Shown: positions 38,669-47,873 of the stretch, piece after piece
Position numbering within the stretch: position 1 is the stretch's first letter
Layout: every line of letters starts with the position of its first letter
Assembly: GCA_904501975.1 (NCBI GenBank)
Contig: CAJGCZ010000002.1
Coordinates: 47,308-111,307 of the forward strand
Length of the DNA: 64,000 nucleotides
Direction of reading: 5' to 3'
Source: an uncultured Akkermansia sp.
Lineage (GTDB): Bacteria; Verrucomicrobiota; Verrucomicrobiia; Verrucomicrobiales; Akkermansiaceae
Translations under genes and position numbers: made by a program
The notes under the pieces: model-generated
The model's database searches: none
What the model was told of the DNA's origin: nothing
The model's input: the letters and a program-made list of their open reading frames with translations, nothing else

Positions 38669-40378
38669 ATGACATTCCTCGAATTCATCCGTAAGAACCT
38701 GATAATAGCCGTCATTGTCATCGTCGGCATTCTCGTAGGCCTCATCATGATGGACTACGGCGATTCCGGCAGCGCCTTTTCACGCGACTATCGCGTGATT
38801 GTGAACGACACACGACACAAGCCGCAAGACATCATGAACATGGGGTACAGAACAGAAAGCTACCTCAATCAACTCAATCGTCTTGCTGCGCCCTCATTTG
38901 AAAATCTTTTGTTGCAGTTGAGCGACCAGAACGGCGACGGCCAGCTGGATGAAAGAGAAATGGTTTTCTATCGTTTGCAGCGCACAGCATCCCTCCCGGT
39001 GGAACCGAGTCTGAAAGCCGCTTACCTGCTGAACATGTGGGGCAACATCGGCATTCTGCAACCGGAGGAAAATCTGGCTGTTAACCGCTTGCTTGTACGC
39101 GAGGCCGGCAAGGAATTCGGCATTGTTCCTTCTAAAGAACAGATTGATGCCTACATTACCGCCATGCCCGCTTTCCAGAAAAACGGCGGTTTCAACGCAG
39201 AAGCTTATAAGAACATCGTGGGCTATCGCAATGGCCAGGCCGATAATGCCGCAGAGCGCAGCTTCCGCGACCTTATTTCCGACATGATTATCTGGGACAC
39301 CCTCACAGCTATGGTAACAGCTGATATCGAGGGCGACCTGACCGCAGAGAAGAAGATTGACCAAGCAGTGGCTCAATCCCTTAACGGCTGGACAGCCAGC
39401 TTCCCGATTTCCGCAGCCCCCGCAGCACCGGCACCTGATGCCGAGGCCATCAAGGCATACTGGGAAAAGACCAAGGGTAACTATACTGTAGCCGAAAAGC
39501 GAGCCTTTACCATTATCAACATTATTGCCGGCGAGGGCATGAATGGTAATGAACTGAGCGTCCGTGCTTCTGAAATCCAGGAATCGCTTACCTCTGCTGC
39601 CACGGAAAGCCCGGAGACAGTCATCACCAACAACATCGCTAACGCAGATTCCTCCTCAGGCTTGATTGATTATCGCATTATCCCCTGCGAGGAGTGCACC
39701 GCTGACACCACCTCTGAGATTCTGAACACCACCATCAAGGCCGGTAGCACAGAATCAACACTGTGCGCCTTGGCATTCAATAAAGATTTGTCCACCACAG
39801 GTGCCGGTCGATTCAGCCAAGCTTACCTTGATGCCGAAGGCAAGAATGCCTACATCATCCGCACGGACAGCATCACACCGTCTGTTCCCCTGCCTTTTGA
39901 AGAAGCAGAACCGGCTGCCCGCGCTGCCTTGGAAGCAGAATTGCACGTAGAGAACTTCTACAAAGTGGCAGATGAACTGCACAAGAAGATTGGTGATGAG
40001 CTGCTGGCCGGTAAGGATATGAAAACCGCCTTTGAAGCTGCCTCCGCTGCCGGAGCCGTTGTAACAGAGCTCAAAAACAGCCCGATTACAGAAGTAGCAC
40101 GCCTGCAGGAGCAAGGCTTGGAGCTTAGTGAGGCCGGCATGCGCAAGCTCAATCTGCACGAGTCTGCCCTCCGTCGCACTGCATCCGGCACCTTGGCTCC
40201 GCTTGTTAAGAGCGCAGCAGAGGCCGTCATTACCGGTATCACCGGCAGAACTTGCGAGGAGATGCCCCAAAGCAGCAATCACCAGCTGCGCATTCTTCAG
40301 TTGAAGGATGAGCTCATGCAGGAATGGATTCGCACCTCTTACACACGCTATAAGGTGCTGCCGAATCAGGAACAATAA
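38669..40378 (+). CDS. PpiD/SurA N-terminal-domain periplasmic chaperone-like membrane protein
   Basis: N-terminal anchor (LEFIRK..TM); AGKEFGIVPS.EQI, PAFQKNGGFN..AY, IKAYWE and PFEEA patterns. Confidence 0.7.
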   Translation: MTFLEFIRKNLIIAVIVIVGILVGLIMMDYGDSGSAFSRDYRVIVNDTRHKPQDIMNMGYRTESYLNQLNRLAAPSFENLLLQLSDQNGDGQLDEREMVFYRLQRTASLPVEPSLKAAYLLNMWGNIGILQPEENLAVNRLLVREAGKEFGIVPSKEQIDAYITAMPAFQKNGGFNAEAYKNIVGYRNGQADNAAERSFRDLISDMIIWDTLTAMVTADIEGDLTAEKKIDQAVAQSLNGWTASFPISAAPAAPAPDAEAIKAYWEKTKGNYTVAEKRAFTIINIIAGEGMNGNELSVRASEIQESLTSAATESPETVITNNIANADSSSGLIDYRIIPCEECTADTTSEILNTTIKAGSTESTLCALAFNKDLSTTGAGRFSQAYLDAEGKNAYIIRTDSITPSVPLPFEEAEPAARAALEAELHVENFYKVADELHKKIGDELLAGKDMKTAFEAASAAGAVVTELKNSPITEVARLQEQGLELSEAGMRKLNLHESALRRTASGTLAPLVKSAAEAVITGITGRTCEEMPQSSNHQLRILQLKDELMQEWIRTSYTRYKVLPNQEQ

Positions 40379-40404
40379 TCCATCCTCAAGCAAATTACCT
40401 CATG

Positions 40405-40446
40405 AAGCATGAGGCTCGGCACCAAGACCGGCCTCATGCTTTTTTT
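40405..40446 (+). terminator. Intrinsic terminator
   Basis: aagcatgagg...cctcatgctt followed by a T-run. Confidence 0.75.
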
Positions 40447-40476
40447 AACAGAATTTCACCCCCTTTTGCATCATTT

Positions 40477-42105
40477 ATGACAACCTTACCTCCACAAACA
40501 AAATACATCATTGGCAATGAAGCCTGCGAGCGCTTCTGCTTCTACGGCATGAAGGCCATCCTCATGGTGTATATGACCGATGTACTGCTGATGTCCAAGA
40601 ACTCTGCACAAGAGATTGTGCACCTGTTTAACGCCATCATCTACATTTTACCCCTCATCGGTGCCTGGTTGGCAGACCGTTTCCTGGGGCGCTACAAAAC
40701 GATTTTGTTCATCTCACTGTTCTACTGTTTAGGCAATGCCGTGTTGGCTATGTCCGATTTTGCAGCAAGCATTGAGAGCAAGCAAATGATACTCTTTGCC
40801 GGTCTGTTTATTATTGCAATCGGTACCGGCGGCATCAAGCCCTGCGTCTCCGCCTTTGTGGGCGACCAAGCCGGCGGCTTTGATTCCCAGACCATGACCC
40901 GCATTTACTCGGCCTTCTACTGGTCCATCAACTTCGGTTCATTCTTTGCCATGCTGGTCATCCCCTTTGTGCGCGACAACTGGGGCTACGGCATAGCTTT
41001 TGCCATTCCGGGCATCTTCATGGCACTCTCCACCTTCGTATTCTGGCTGGGTCGCAAAACCTATAAGCACAAGGAACCCGCACAGCCGGAGTTCATGAGC
41101 ATCCTGCTCTGTCGTATCTTTGGTGGAGCTCGCAAAGCTTGCGAACGATTCAGCGGCGAAAAAGTTGCCGCCACAACATCCACCGCGCTCAAAATTGCCG
41201 GTTTCATTGTAGTGGCTCCCATCATCTTTGCTTTAGCCGCCTGTGCCCACAATGGAGCTTACGATATTGCTGCACTCTCCGGCCTCAATGAAACGCAGAG
41301 CAAGCTCTGTGCCTTGTTGGCAGTCTTCTTATACACAGTAGCTATTGTTATTGCAGGGCTTAAGCTTGCCGCAACGCTGAAATTGCGTAATTTCTTCGGC
41401 ACAGCAGGCAGCATGCTCTTCTGCAGCAAAGAAGAAACAGAACAGCTCTACGATGCAGAAGAACGAAAGGGAGCCCGCAATATGATTCGCATTCTGGTAA
41501 CCTTCCTTCTTGTCATTCCGTTCTGGAGTCTTTTTGACCAAACTGCATCCAGCTGGCTGGTACAGGGTAAGACCATGAAGGAAATCAGCTTCACGCTGTT
41601 CGACCTGAATATCAACTTTGGGGCAGAGCAAATGCAGAGTCTCAATCCTCTGCTGGTCATGGTTCTCATCCCCATGCTCACGCTGTTGGTCTATCCGAAG
41701 GTGAAGAAGCTGGCCAGTCCGCTTGTCAGAATGGGTATCGGCATTGTACTGGCCGGTCTCTCATTCGGCATGGTGGCTATTATTCAAAGTGTGCTCGATA
41801 GCGGCGTCACACTTTCCATCCTGTGGCAGAGTGTGCCGTACCTTGTACTCACCGTAGCAGAAATTCTGGTAAGCACCACGGGCTTGGAATACGCTTACAC
41901 CGCCGCCGGCGAGAAGCTTAAGAGTATTGTCTCCAGCTTCTGGTCTCTTACCATCGCTCTGGGCAATGTTCTGGTTATCTGCATCACCTCTGTTATCTCG
42001 GGTGCCAGCACCTCTGCCTTTGTGCTCTACGGACTGATGAGCTTGCTTGTGGGCTTGCTCTTCATGTTTGTGACCAGCCGCCGTTGCATGCAACCCGAAG
42101 CCTAA
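40477..42105 (+). CDS. POT/PTR2 proton-dependent oligopeptide transporter (start revised to ATG 40477)
   Basis: NEACERFCFYG, GTGGIKPCVSAFVGDQ, FYWSINFG and AEILVSTTGLEY motifs. Confidence 0.93.
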   Translation: MTTLPPQTKYIIGNEACERFCFYGMKAILMVYMTDVLLMSKNSAQEIVHLFNAIIYILPLIGAWLADRFLGRYKTILFISLFYCLGNAVLAMSDFAASIESKQMILFAGLFIIAIGTGGIKPCVSAFVGDQAGGFDSQTMTRIYSAFYWSINFGSFFAMLVIPFVRDNWGYGIAFAIPGIFMALSTFVFWLGRKTYKHKEPAQPEFMSILLCRIFGGARKACERFSGEKVAATTSTALKIAGFIVVAPIIFALAACAHNGAYDIAALSGLNETQSKLCALLAVFLYTVAIVIAGLKLAATLKLRNFFGTAGSMLFCSKEETEQLYDAEERKGARNMIRILVTFLLVIPFWSLFDQTASSWLVQGKTMKEISFTLFDLNINFGAEQMQSLNPLLVMVLIPMLTLLVYPKVKKLASPLVRMGIGIVLAGLSFGMVAIIQSVLDSGVTLSILWQSVPYLVLTVAEILVSTTGLEYAYTAAGEKLKSIVSSFWSLTIALGNVLVICITSVISGASTSAFVLYGLMSLLVGLLFMFVTSRRCMQPEA

Positions 42106-42120
42106 TTACAACACGCAATC

Positions 42121-42693
42121 ATGGGCATGAATCCGCATGATGAACGAGCAACACTCTGCACGCAGCTTTCCCGCTATATGGAAAAGCATCCGGAAAACCG
42201 GGCTAACGCAGAGCGCGTGCTCCAATTCGTGATGGAAACGCCGGATTGCTTTGAGAGAGGACACCAAGCAGGCCACATTACCGGGTCTGCTTGGCTCCTC
42301 AATGCAGCAGCAGATAAAGCCCTGCTCACCCTGCACCACAAGCTGCGCATTTGGGTTCAGCCCGGCGGCCATGCCGACGGCGATGCCAATGTGTTGCGGG
42401 TAGCCCTTCGGGAAGCGGAAGAAGAAAGCGGCATTCTCGGCTTAACAGCGCTGAGCCCGGAAATATTTGACGTGGATATTCACACCATACCGGCACGCCC
42501 CACAGCAGGAGAGCCGGAGCATTTGCATTACGACATACGCTATTTGCTCCAAGCCCCACACGAAAGTTTTATCATCTCCGATGAATCCGATGCGCTCGGT
42601 TGGTTTACGCGCGAGGAAATCCATCATTTAACGCCACCGGCTGATGATGCTACCTTGCGTCTGGCCGCGCTTTGGCCGAAAGATAAGGAGTAA
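42121..42693 (+). CDS. NUDIX hydrolase
   Basis: GHITGS, PGGHAD....ALREAEEESG Nudix box and HLHYDIRY. Confidence 0.92.
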   Translation: MGMNPHDERATLCTQLSRYMEKHPENRANAERVLQFVMETPDCFERGHQAGHITGSAWLLNAAADKALLTLHHKLRIWVQPGGHADGDANVLRVALREAEEESGILGLTALSPEIFDVDIHTIPARPTAGEPEHLHYDIRYLLQAPHESFIISDESDALGWFTREEIHHLTPPADDATLRLAALWPKDKE

Positions 42694-42752
42694 ACGGTCT
42701 CTTGCTCCGTTTGTGACACAAAACATGCTTGACGAATCATGCAGAATAACGC

Positions 42753-43187
42753 ATGATACAGATTGTGAAAACACTCTCATTAACAGGCATCTCTCTTCTC
42801 ACAGCCATCAGCTTGCTGACAACTGGCTGCAATCGCGAGGAGACCGATCAGATTTACACCGAAAAAGCGCTTGAAGCGAACGCCAAGCTCAAGCAGGAGA
42901 TTTCTCGCCTCAAACAAGATATTCGTGAGGCCGATGATTCCACCCCCGATAAATTGGAAGAAACCGTTGCCCAGCTTGAAAAGAAGCTGCAAGATATTCG
43001 CAACGAAGAAAAGAGCACTCTGACTGATTGCGTTACTCTTTGCGAGGAATGGGATAAATGTAATTTTAAGCGAGCCCAATTAAACGCAGCACTCGAAGAA
43101 CTTACTTCCATCTTCAACAACGAAATTGAAGATGCCCGCAAACAGAAAAACAAACTCTCCCGAGACAATGAGTATTTCAACCAATAA
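42753..43187 (+). CDS. Coiled-coil lipoprotein
   Basis: Lipobox LTTG-C followed by heptad-rich sequence. Confidence 0.7.
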   Translation: MIQIVKTLSLTGISLLTAISLLTTGCNREETDQIYTEKALEANAKLKQEISRLKQDIREADDSTPDKLEETVAQLEKKLQDIRNEEKSTLTDCVTLCEEWDKCNFKRAQLNAALEELTSIFNNEIEDARKQKNKLSRDNEYFNQ

Positions 43188-44187
43188 GCCTGAGAACGAA
43201 GACGAAAAGTTTGCGGACATCGTCTATGCTCCTCATGCTGATTCCAAGCAAGAGGAAAAGGTCGCCCCCGCTCCCGCAGAGGAAACCACAAAGGCTCCTA
43301 CAGAAGGCCAGGCAGACGACAAAGCTGAAGAAAAGAAGAAACAGGGTAAAAAATCCTCCTACTGGATGGATATCGCCTTGGTATCCACATTGGTGGTTAT
43401 TTTGGGTGTAGGCTGCTACTTCATCAAAACACAGATGGAGCGCTACGATGTACCTACCCCCTACGAGGAAGCATGCGCAGAATACGACCGACTTTCTGCG
43501 GAGTTTAATCATATCATCTCCAACAGAAGCCAGGTAAACAATATTCAGCGCGTAAAAACCCTGCAAGGCCGCATCACTGCCCTTGAGACAGAAATTGAAC
43601 AAGCCACGGCAAGCTTGAATAAAGCCCGAGAAAAGAAGGCCGGTATTACCTCTTCCATCGCTCAGGAAAAACAAGCTATCGACAGCGCTCGTTACAACCT
43701 GCGCGAAAGCGATCGCGACTACCGCGCCAAAGCCATGGCAGAATTGCCCGGTCTGCCTGTCGGCAACGTCATTAACCGTCAGCGTAACAGCGTGTTCAAC
43801 GATGCCATCATCTATACCGTAGACATGCAGGCACGCCGCATTCACTTCCGCTCCACTTCCGGGCAAGTTAACTGGCTCATTAAGGATATTTCCAAAAAAG
43901 AACTACCGCCCATTGTTCGCTACGCCCTCAACTTGGCAGATTTGGTAGACATGAGCGTACTGGACGAAGAAGGAAAGCCGGAAGGCAAGAAGCGCCCCGT
44001 TGCACGCCGCGAAACGCCGCATTTAACAACAACGGAAAGCACCGACAGCTATGACCCGCAGCCCGGCGCACCGGTCATTAGCAGCGGGCACACGGAAACC
44101 CTCTCCTCCGAGCCCACTTCCACCGAAGAGACAGACCAAAACGAGCAGCCTACATGGGAGGCACCTACCGGGGATTTGCCATTCTAA
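43168..44187 (+). CDS. Single-TM coiled-coil hypothetical protein
   Basis: ATG 43168; charged N-terminus, one TM segment, long coiled coil and a small globular domain. Confidence 0.7.
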   Translation: MSISTNKPENEDEKFADIVYAPHADSKQEEKVAPAPAEETTKAPTEGQADDKAEEKKKQGKKSSYWMDIALVSTLVVILGVGCYFIKTQMERYDVPTPYEEACAEYDRLSAEFNHIISNRSQVNNIQRVKTLQGRITALETEIEQATASLNKAREKKAGITSSIAQEKQAIDSARYNLRESDRDYRAKAMAELPGLPVGNVINRQRNSVFNDAIIYTVDMQARRIHFRSTSGQVNWLIKDISKKELPPIVRYALNLADLVDMSVLDEEGKPEGKKRPVARRETPHLTTTESTDSYDPQPGAPVISSGHTETLSSEPTSTEETDQNEQPTWEAPTGDLPF

Positions 44188-44209
44188 GCAAATTGACATC
44201 ACTTTACTC

Positions 44210-44251
44210 ATCAGCCTGAATACTGTATGGCGGTATTCAGGCTTGATTTTT
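44210..44251 (+). terminator. Intrinsic terminator
   Basis: agcctgaatac...gtattcaggct followed by Ts. Confidence 0.75.
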
Positions 44252-44279
44252 ATGAAAATATCTCGGATACTAAGGGCAC

Positions 44280-46175
44280 ATGAAGATACTCAGACGAAAT
44301 CTCAGCCTCATGCTCGCGGTGCGTTATTTGAACCCGCTGAGAACGATGTTTTCCATCATCACCCTCATTTGCCTGGGTGGTGTAGCCTTGGGAGTGATGG
44401 TACTCATCGTAGTTCTTTCTGTAATGGAAGGTCTTCAAATTGAGATGGAGAAGAAAGGCTTTGCGCTTCAACCCCACTACACAGCCACCTTATCCAATGC
44501 CTACACCGGGGCCACCATTCCCATCACGATGGATGATTGCGATTGGCCTTTGGTAGAAGAAGGGCTTAAGAAACACCCCAATGTGGCTACCGCCTATGCT
44601 AAGCTGGAAGGCATGGCTTTTGCGCAAACAGACACCTACCTGAACACAACGATCAGTTTCTCTTCTGTACAGCCCGACAATCATTCCCAAATTGAGCCGT
44701 TGCGCGCCATGATTGTTTCCGGCAATTTTGATTTGGGCATGGATAACAAATGCGTTATCTCCTATGCTGTTGCAAAACGCCTGCACCTTGCACCGGGCAA
44801 CAGAATGACCCTCACCCCCATTAGCTCCAACATTGAGCAAATGGCAGACATTATGGGGCGCATTGAAGGCGAGATGATGACTCAAGCCAACGAGCAATTC
44901 TTACCCACAATGCGCAGCTTGTTTGATGGCGCAGAGGAAAAAGATGGGCAAATACACCTGAATACAGATAAATATCGTGAAGTAGTAGCAGCTCTGCTCC
45001 CGTATGCCGATATTCCTGAACACGTGCGCATGGCCGACTATTGCGCCGTGATGAACAAAACTGAACTTACCAAGGAAGAAAAACAAGCCTTGCGCCCCGT
45101 GGTTCGCAAACTGCGCCAAAGTGAACTGAACACCTGCATGGCTCTTTACTACATGCTTTCCTCCGGCGCCGTGCTTACTCAGGAGGACAAAGAGACATGG
45201 CTTGCAAAAATTGACGCACTGGCCGCCTTGGACCGAGACACTGAGAATGGCAAGGAAATCGGTAATTTGCGTTCTCTGATTGTGCCTGTGGACTTAGAGA
45301 TTGTCGGTGTATACCGAGCTCCGGAAAACATGCCCGGCCCGGACATGTATGTACCGTTGCACGTTGCACAGGAATCGGTAGGCTACACGGATAACAATGT
45401 GATGGGTATTTGCTTGCGATTGAAAGACCAGCACACGCCCGGCAACATTGAGCAATACTTCCATGAGCTGATTAACCGTTACCGCGTAACGGAATCAGCC
45501 TCCGAAACCGCGGAGGACATGCCGCCCCCTGTGGAGGAGATTGATTACGACGCAATCGAAACAACGGATGAAACAACAGCCGTGGCTACAGAGGAAGCTC
45601 CCGCCCAGGAACCGGAAGTAACGGAAGAAGAGCAGTACGCAGCAGCGACAACGCAAGAAGACGAAGGCGTGCCTACTCGCTGGAATATTACCCCGTGGTC
45701 CGATATTCTGAAACCCTACTACGAACTCATTGCCAATGAACGCGTGATGATGAATTTCGTACTCTCTGCCATCACCCTCATTGCCAGCTTCTGCATTATG
45801 GCAGTTATGTTCACTATGTCGATGCAGAGAAAGAGAGAGATTGCCGTGTTACAAGCATTGGGAGCCACACCCGGCAAGATTGTAGGTATCTTTGTATGGC
45901 AAGGCGTCATCATCGGCATTATGGGAGCCATTATGGGTATTGTTCTGGCGCTGATTGTCTTGCATAATCGCTTAGAGATTCAGGAGATGCTCTCCTCTAT
46001 CGGCATGGACCCCTTCCCGATTACTGCACACGGCATTAAAATCCCCGCAGTATACAGACCGGAGCTCTTTGCTAAGCAAGCCGTTATTGCCTTCATCATG
46101 GTAACAATCGCTTCCATCATCCCGGCATTCTTCGTTTCTCGCCAAGACCCCGCAAAAGCGCTTCGCTCCAACTAA
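44280..46175 (+). CDS. LolC/E (FtsX/MacB-like) ABC permease with large periplasmic insertions
   Basis: LAVRYL, GVALGVMVLIVVLSVMEG, REIAVLQALGAT and PA...S.QDPAKALR motifs. Confidence 0.88.
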   Translation: MKILRRNLSLMLAVRYLNPLRTMFSIITLICLGGVALGVMVLIVVLSVMEGLQIEMEKKGFALQPHYTATLSNAYTGATIPITMDDCDWPLVEEGLKKHPNVATAYAKLEGMAFAQTDTYLNTTISFSSVQPDNHSQIEPLRAMIVSGNFDLGMDNKCVISYAVAKRLHLAPGNRMTLTPISSNIEQMADIMGRIEGEMMTQANEQFLPTMRSLFDGAEEKDGQIHLNTDKYREVVAALLPYADIPEHVRMADYCAVMNKTELTKEEKQALRPVVRKLRQSELNTCMALYYMLSSGAVLTQEDKETWLAKIDALAALDRDTENGKEIGNLRSLIVPVDLEIVGVYRAPENMPGPDMYVPLHVAQESVGYTDNNVMGICLRLKDQHTPGNIEQYFHELINRYRVTESASETAEDMPPPVEEIDYDAIETTDETTAVATEEAPAQEPEVTEEEQYAAATTQEDEGVPTRWNITPWSDILKPYYELIANERVMMNFVLSAITLIASFCIMAVMFTMSMQRKREIAVLQALGATPGKIVGIFVWQGVIIGIMGAIMGIVLALIVLHNRLEIQEMLSSIGMDPFPITAHGIKIPAVYRPELFAKQAVIAFIMVTIASIIPAFFVSRQDPAKALRSN

Positions 46176-46194
46176 TTTTTAGTCACCACCATCT

Positions 46195-47052
46195 ATGGAT
46201 ATCTACTGGATTGAGCAAAAAGAGAAAAAAGGCCCGGCCACCGTGCCCGATGTCATTGCACGTATTCAAATGGGTGAACTCAGCCCGGACACAATGGCAT
46301 GGCATAAAGGCTGTGAAAATTGGCAGCCGCTGAAGAGCCTCCCTGCTTTGGCCGACTTCATGACTCAATTCACCCTTCCGAAGAAGGAACCGACGGTCCC
46401 CGAATCAGCAGAAAACAAAGAGCCCGCCACAGAGCCCTCTTCTCCCGATAAAGAAGAGCCAAAAACAAATAGCCACTTTGCGCCGGGAATCGCTAGCCGA
46501 TTATTGGCCCGATTTACAGACTATGCACTTTATGCAAGCTTGGTGACAGGTATCATCTACCTCTTCAAGATACCCTTCAACGAGTTTCTTTTGTTCTCTC
46601 AACCGGTATTCTGGTTGCCTTCCATTATTCTGGAGGCTATCCTGTTGCACCAATTCGGTACCACACCGGGTAAGCGACTCATGGGCATCAGCGTTACCTC
46701 ACTCATGGGAGAAGGAGCCCCGGCGCTTCACCGCAGTTTTTCTCGCAGTTTAGGCGCTTTCATCATGGGTATGGGGTGCTTTATCCCCTTGCTTTCCATC
46801 ATAACAATGGCGATTGCGGCTCGCATGAGCCTTAAAGGTACACTCACGCTATGGGATAACAGGGCTCGCACTATTGCCTTAGCTTCATCTCAAAAGCGCC
46901 CTGCTCCCTTCCTTTGCCTCTTTATTATTTTCCTCTCATTCCACTTGGTCGGGTTCTTCCTTACTCCGTGGATTCCGGACATGATGCAACAAATTTCCAT
47001 TCAGGCACCCGAGTTTGCCGAATGGCTTCAAAGCCAAATGCAAATACAATAA
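46195..47052 (+). CDS. GYF_2 (DUF4339) + RDD family membrane protein
   Basis: N-terminal GP...G.L..DT.AW..G...WQP; RLLARFTD and GTTPGK.LMGI motifs. Confidence 0.85.
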   Translation: MDIYWIEQKEKKGPATVPDVIARIQMGELSPDTMAWHKGCENWQPLKSLPALADFMTQFTLPKKEPTVPESAENKEPATEPSSPDKEEPKTNSHFAPGIASRLLARFTDYALYASLVTGIIYLFKIPFNEFLLFSQPVFWLPSIILEAILLHQFGTTPGKRLMGISVTSLMGEGAPALHRSFSRSLGAFIMGMGCFIPLLSIITMAIAARMSLKGTLTLWDNRARTIALASSQKRPAPFLCLFIIFLSFHLVGFFLTPWIPDMMQQISIQAPEFAEWLQSQMQIQ

Positions 47053-47151
47053 GCCTTGTACAAACAACTATTTGTATAATTCTCTATGGGGGGCAGAGTT
47101 ATCTGCCCCCCTACGTTTTATTGCTAAATTTGAGAAAATTTCATTACAGGC

Positions 47152-47180
47152 TTGACTTAACTCTAGCTTTTGTGTAGACT
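47152..47180 (+). promoter_or_regulatory. Promoter TTGACT-17-TAGACT
   Basis: Direct reading. Confidence 0.7.
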
Positions 47181-47244
47181 AACCTCGACCTCACTCTAAC
47201 TCTCTATCAGCTAGAGGAGGCAATAACCCCAAAAAGCACATACC

Positions 47245-47703
47245 ATGAAAAAGCTCCTCATGACTGCAGTAGTGACCCTGGGCATGCTTGCCACACAGGC
47301 ACTGGCAAACATTACCGGCTACTGGACCACCATTGACGACGAAACCGGCAAGGCTAAGAGCGTTGTACAGATATACCAGTACAAAGGCAAATACTACGGC
47401 CGCATCGTAGACCTCTTGGAGGATAAGAACGCACGAGCAGCCACACCTGGCCGCCCCCTCATTATGGGCATGCACATCATCTGGGACTTGGAGAAAGACG
47501 GCAAGACCTACGAAGACGGCGAGATTCTTGACCCGAAGAATGGTAAGGTATACGGTTGCGAGGTATGGCGCGAGGGTAAGAACCTGATTGTTCGCGGTAA
47601 GATTGCCTTCTTTGGACGCAACCAAACATGGCTGCCCAACACAACCTATAAGGCACCTGAGGACAGCGCACCCCCCGTACCTAAAAAGCCCCGCTTGAAA
47701 TAA
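47245..47703 (+). CDS. DUF2147 family secreted protein
   Basis: Signal peptide; GYWTTIDD, GEILDPKNGKVY and VRG...FGRNQTW motifs. Confidence 0.88.
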   Translation: MKKLLMTAVVTLGMLATQALANITGYWTTIDDETGKAKSVVQIYQYKGKYYGRIVDLLEDKNARAATPGRPLIMGMHIIWDLEKDGKTYEDGEILDPKNGKVYGCEVWREGKNLIVRGKIAFFGRNQTWLPNTTYKAPEDSAPPVPKKPRLK

Positions 47704-47728
47704 GCCACAGAAATAATGATTTTTTCTT

Positions 47729-47762
47729 GAGGCCCTTGCTCTGAAGGAGTGAGGGCCTTCTT
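47729..47762 (+). terminator. Terminator hairpin
   Basis: aggcccttgctc...gagtgagggcct. Confidence 0.65.
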
Positions 47763-47873
47763 GCATAACGGCGCGAGATAGGCTATATAGAATCGCACAA
47801 ACTCAACAATAATTTTTTGACATAATTATCATTTTTGAATTGATTTTATATAATAAAGTGCTAATCTCTTTAC

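Noticed and set aside
47856..47864. AAGTGCTAA resembling half of a CIRCE element
   Set aside because: There is no matching left arm at 9-nt spacing, and I saw no CIRCE or CtsR box upstream of mcsA or htpG either.
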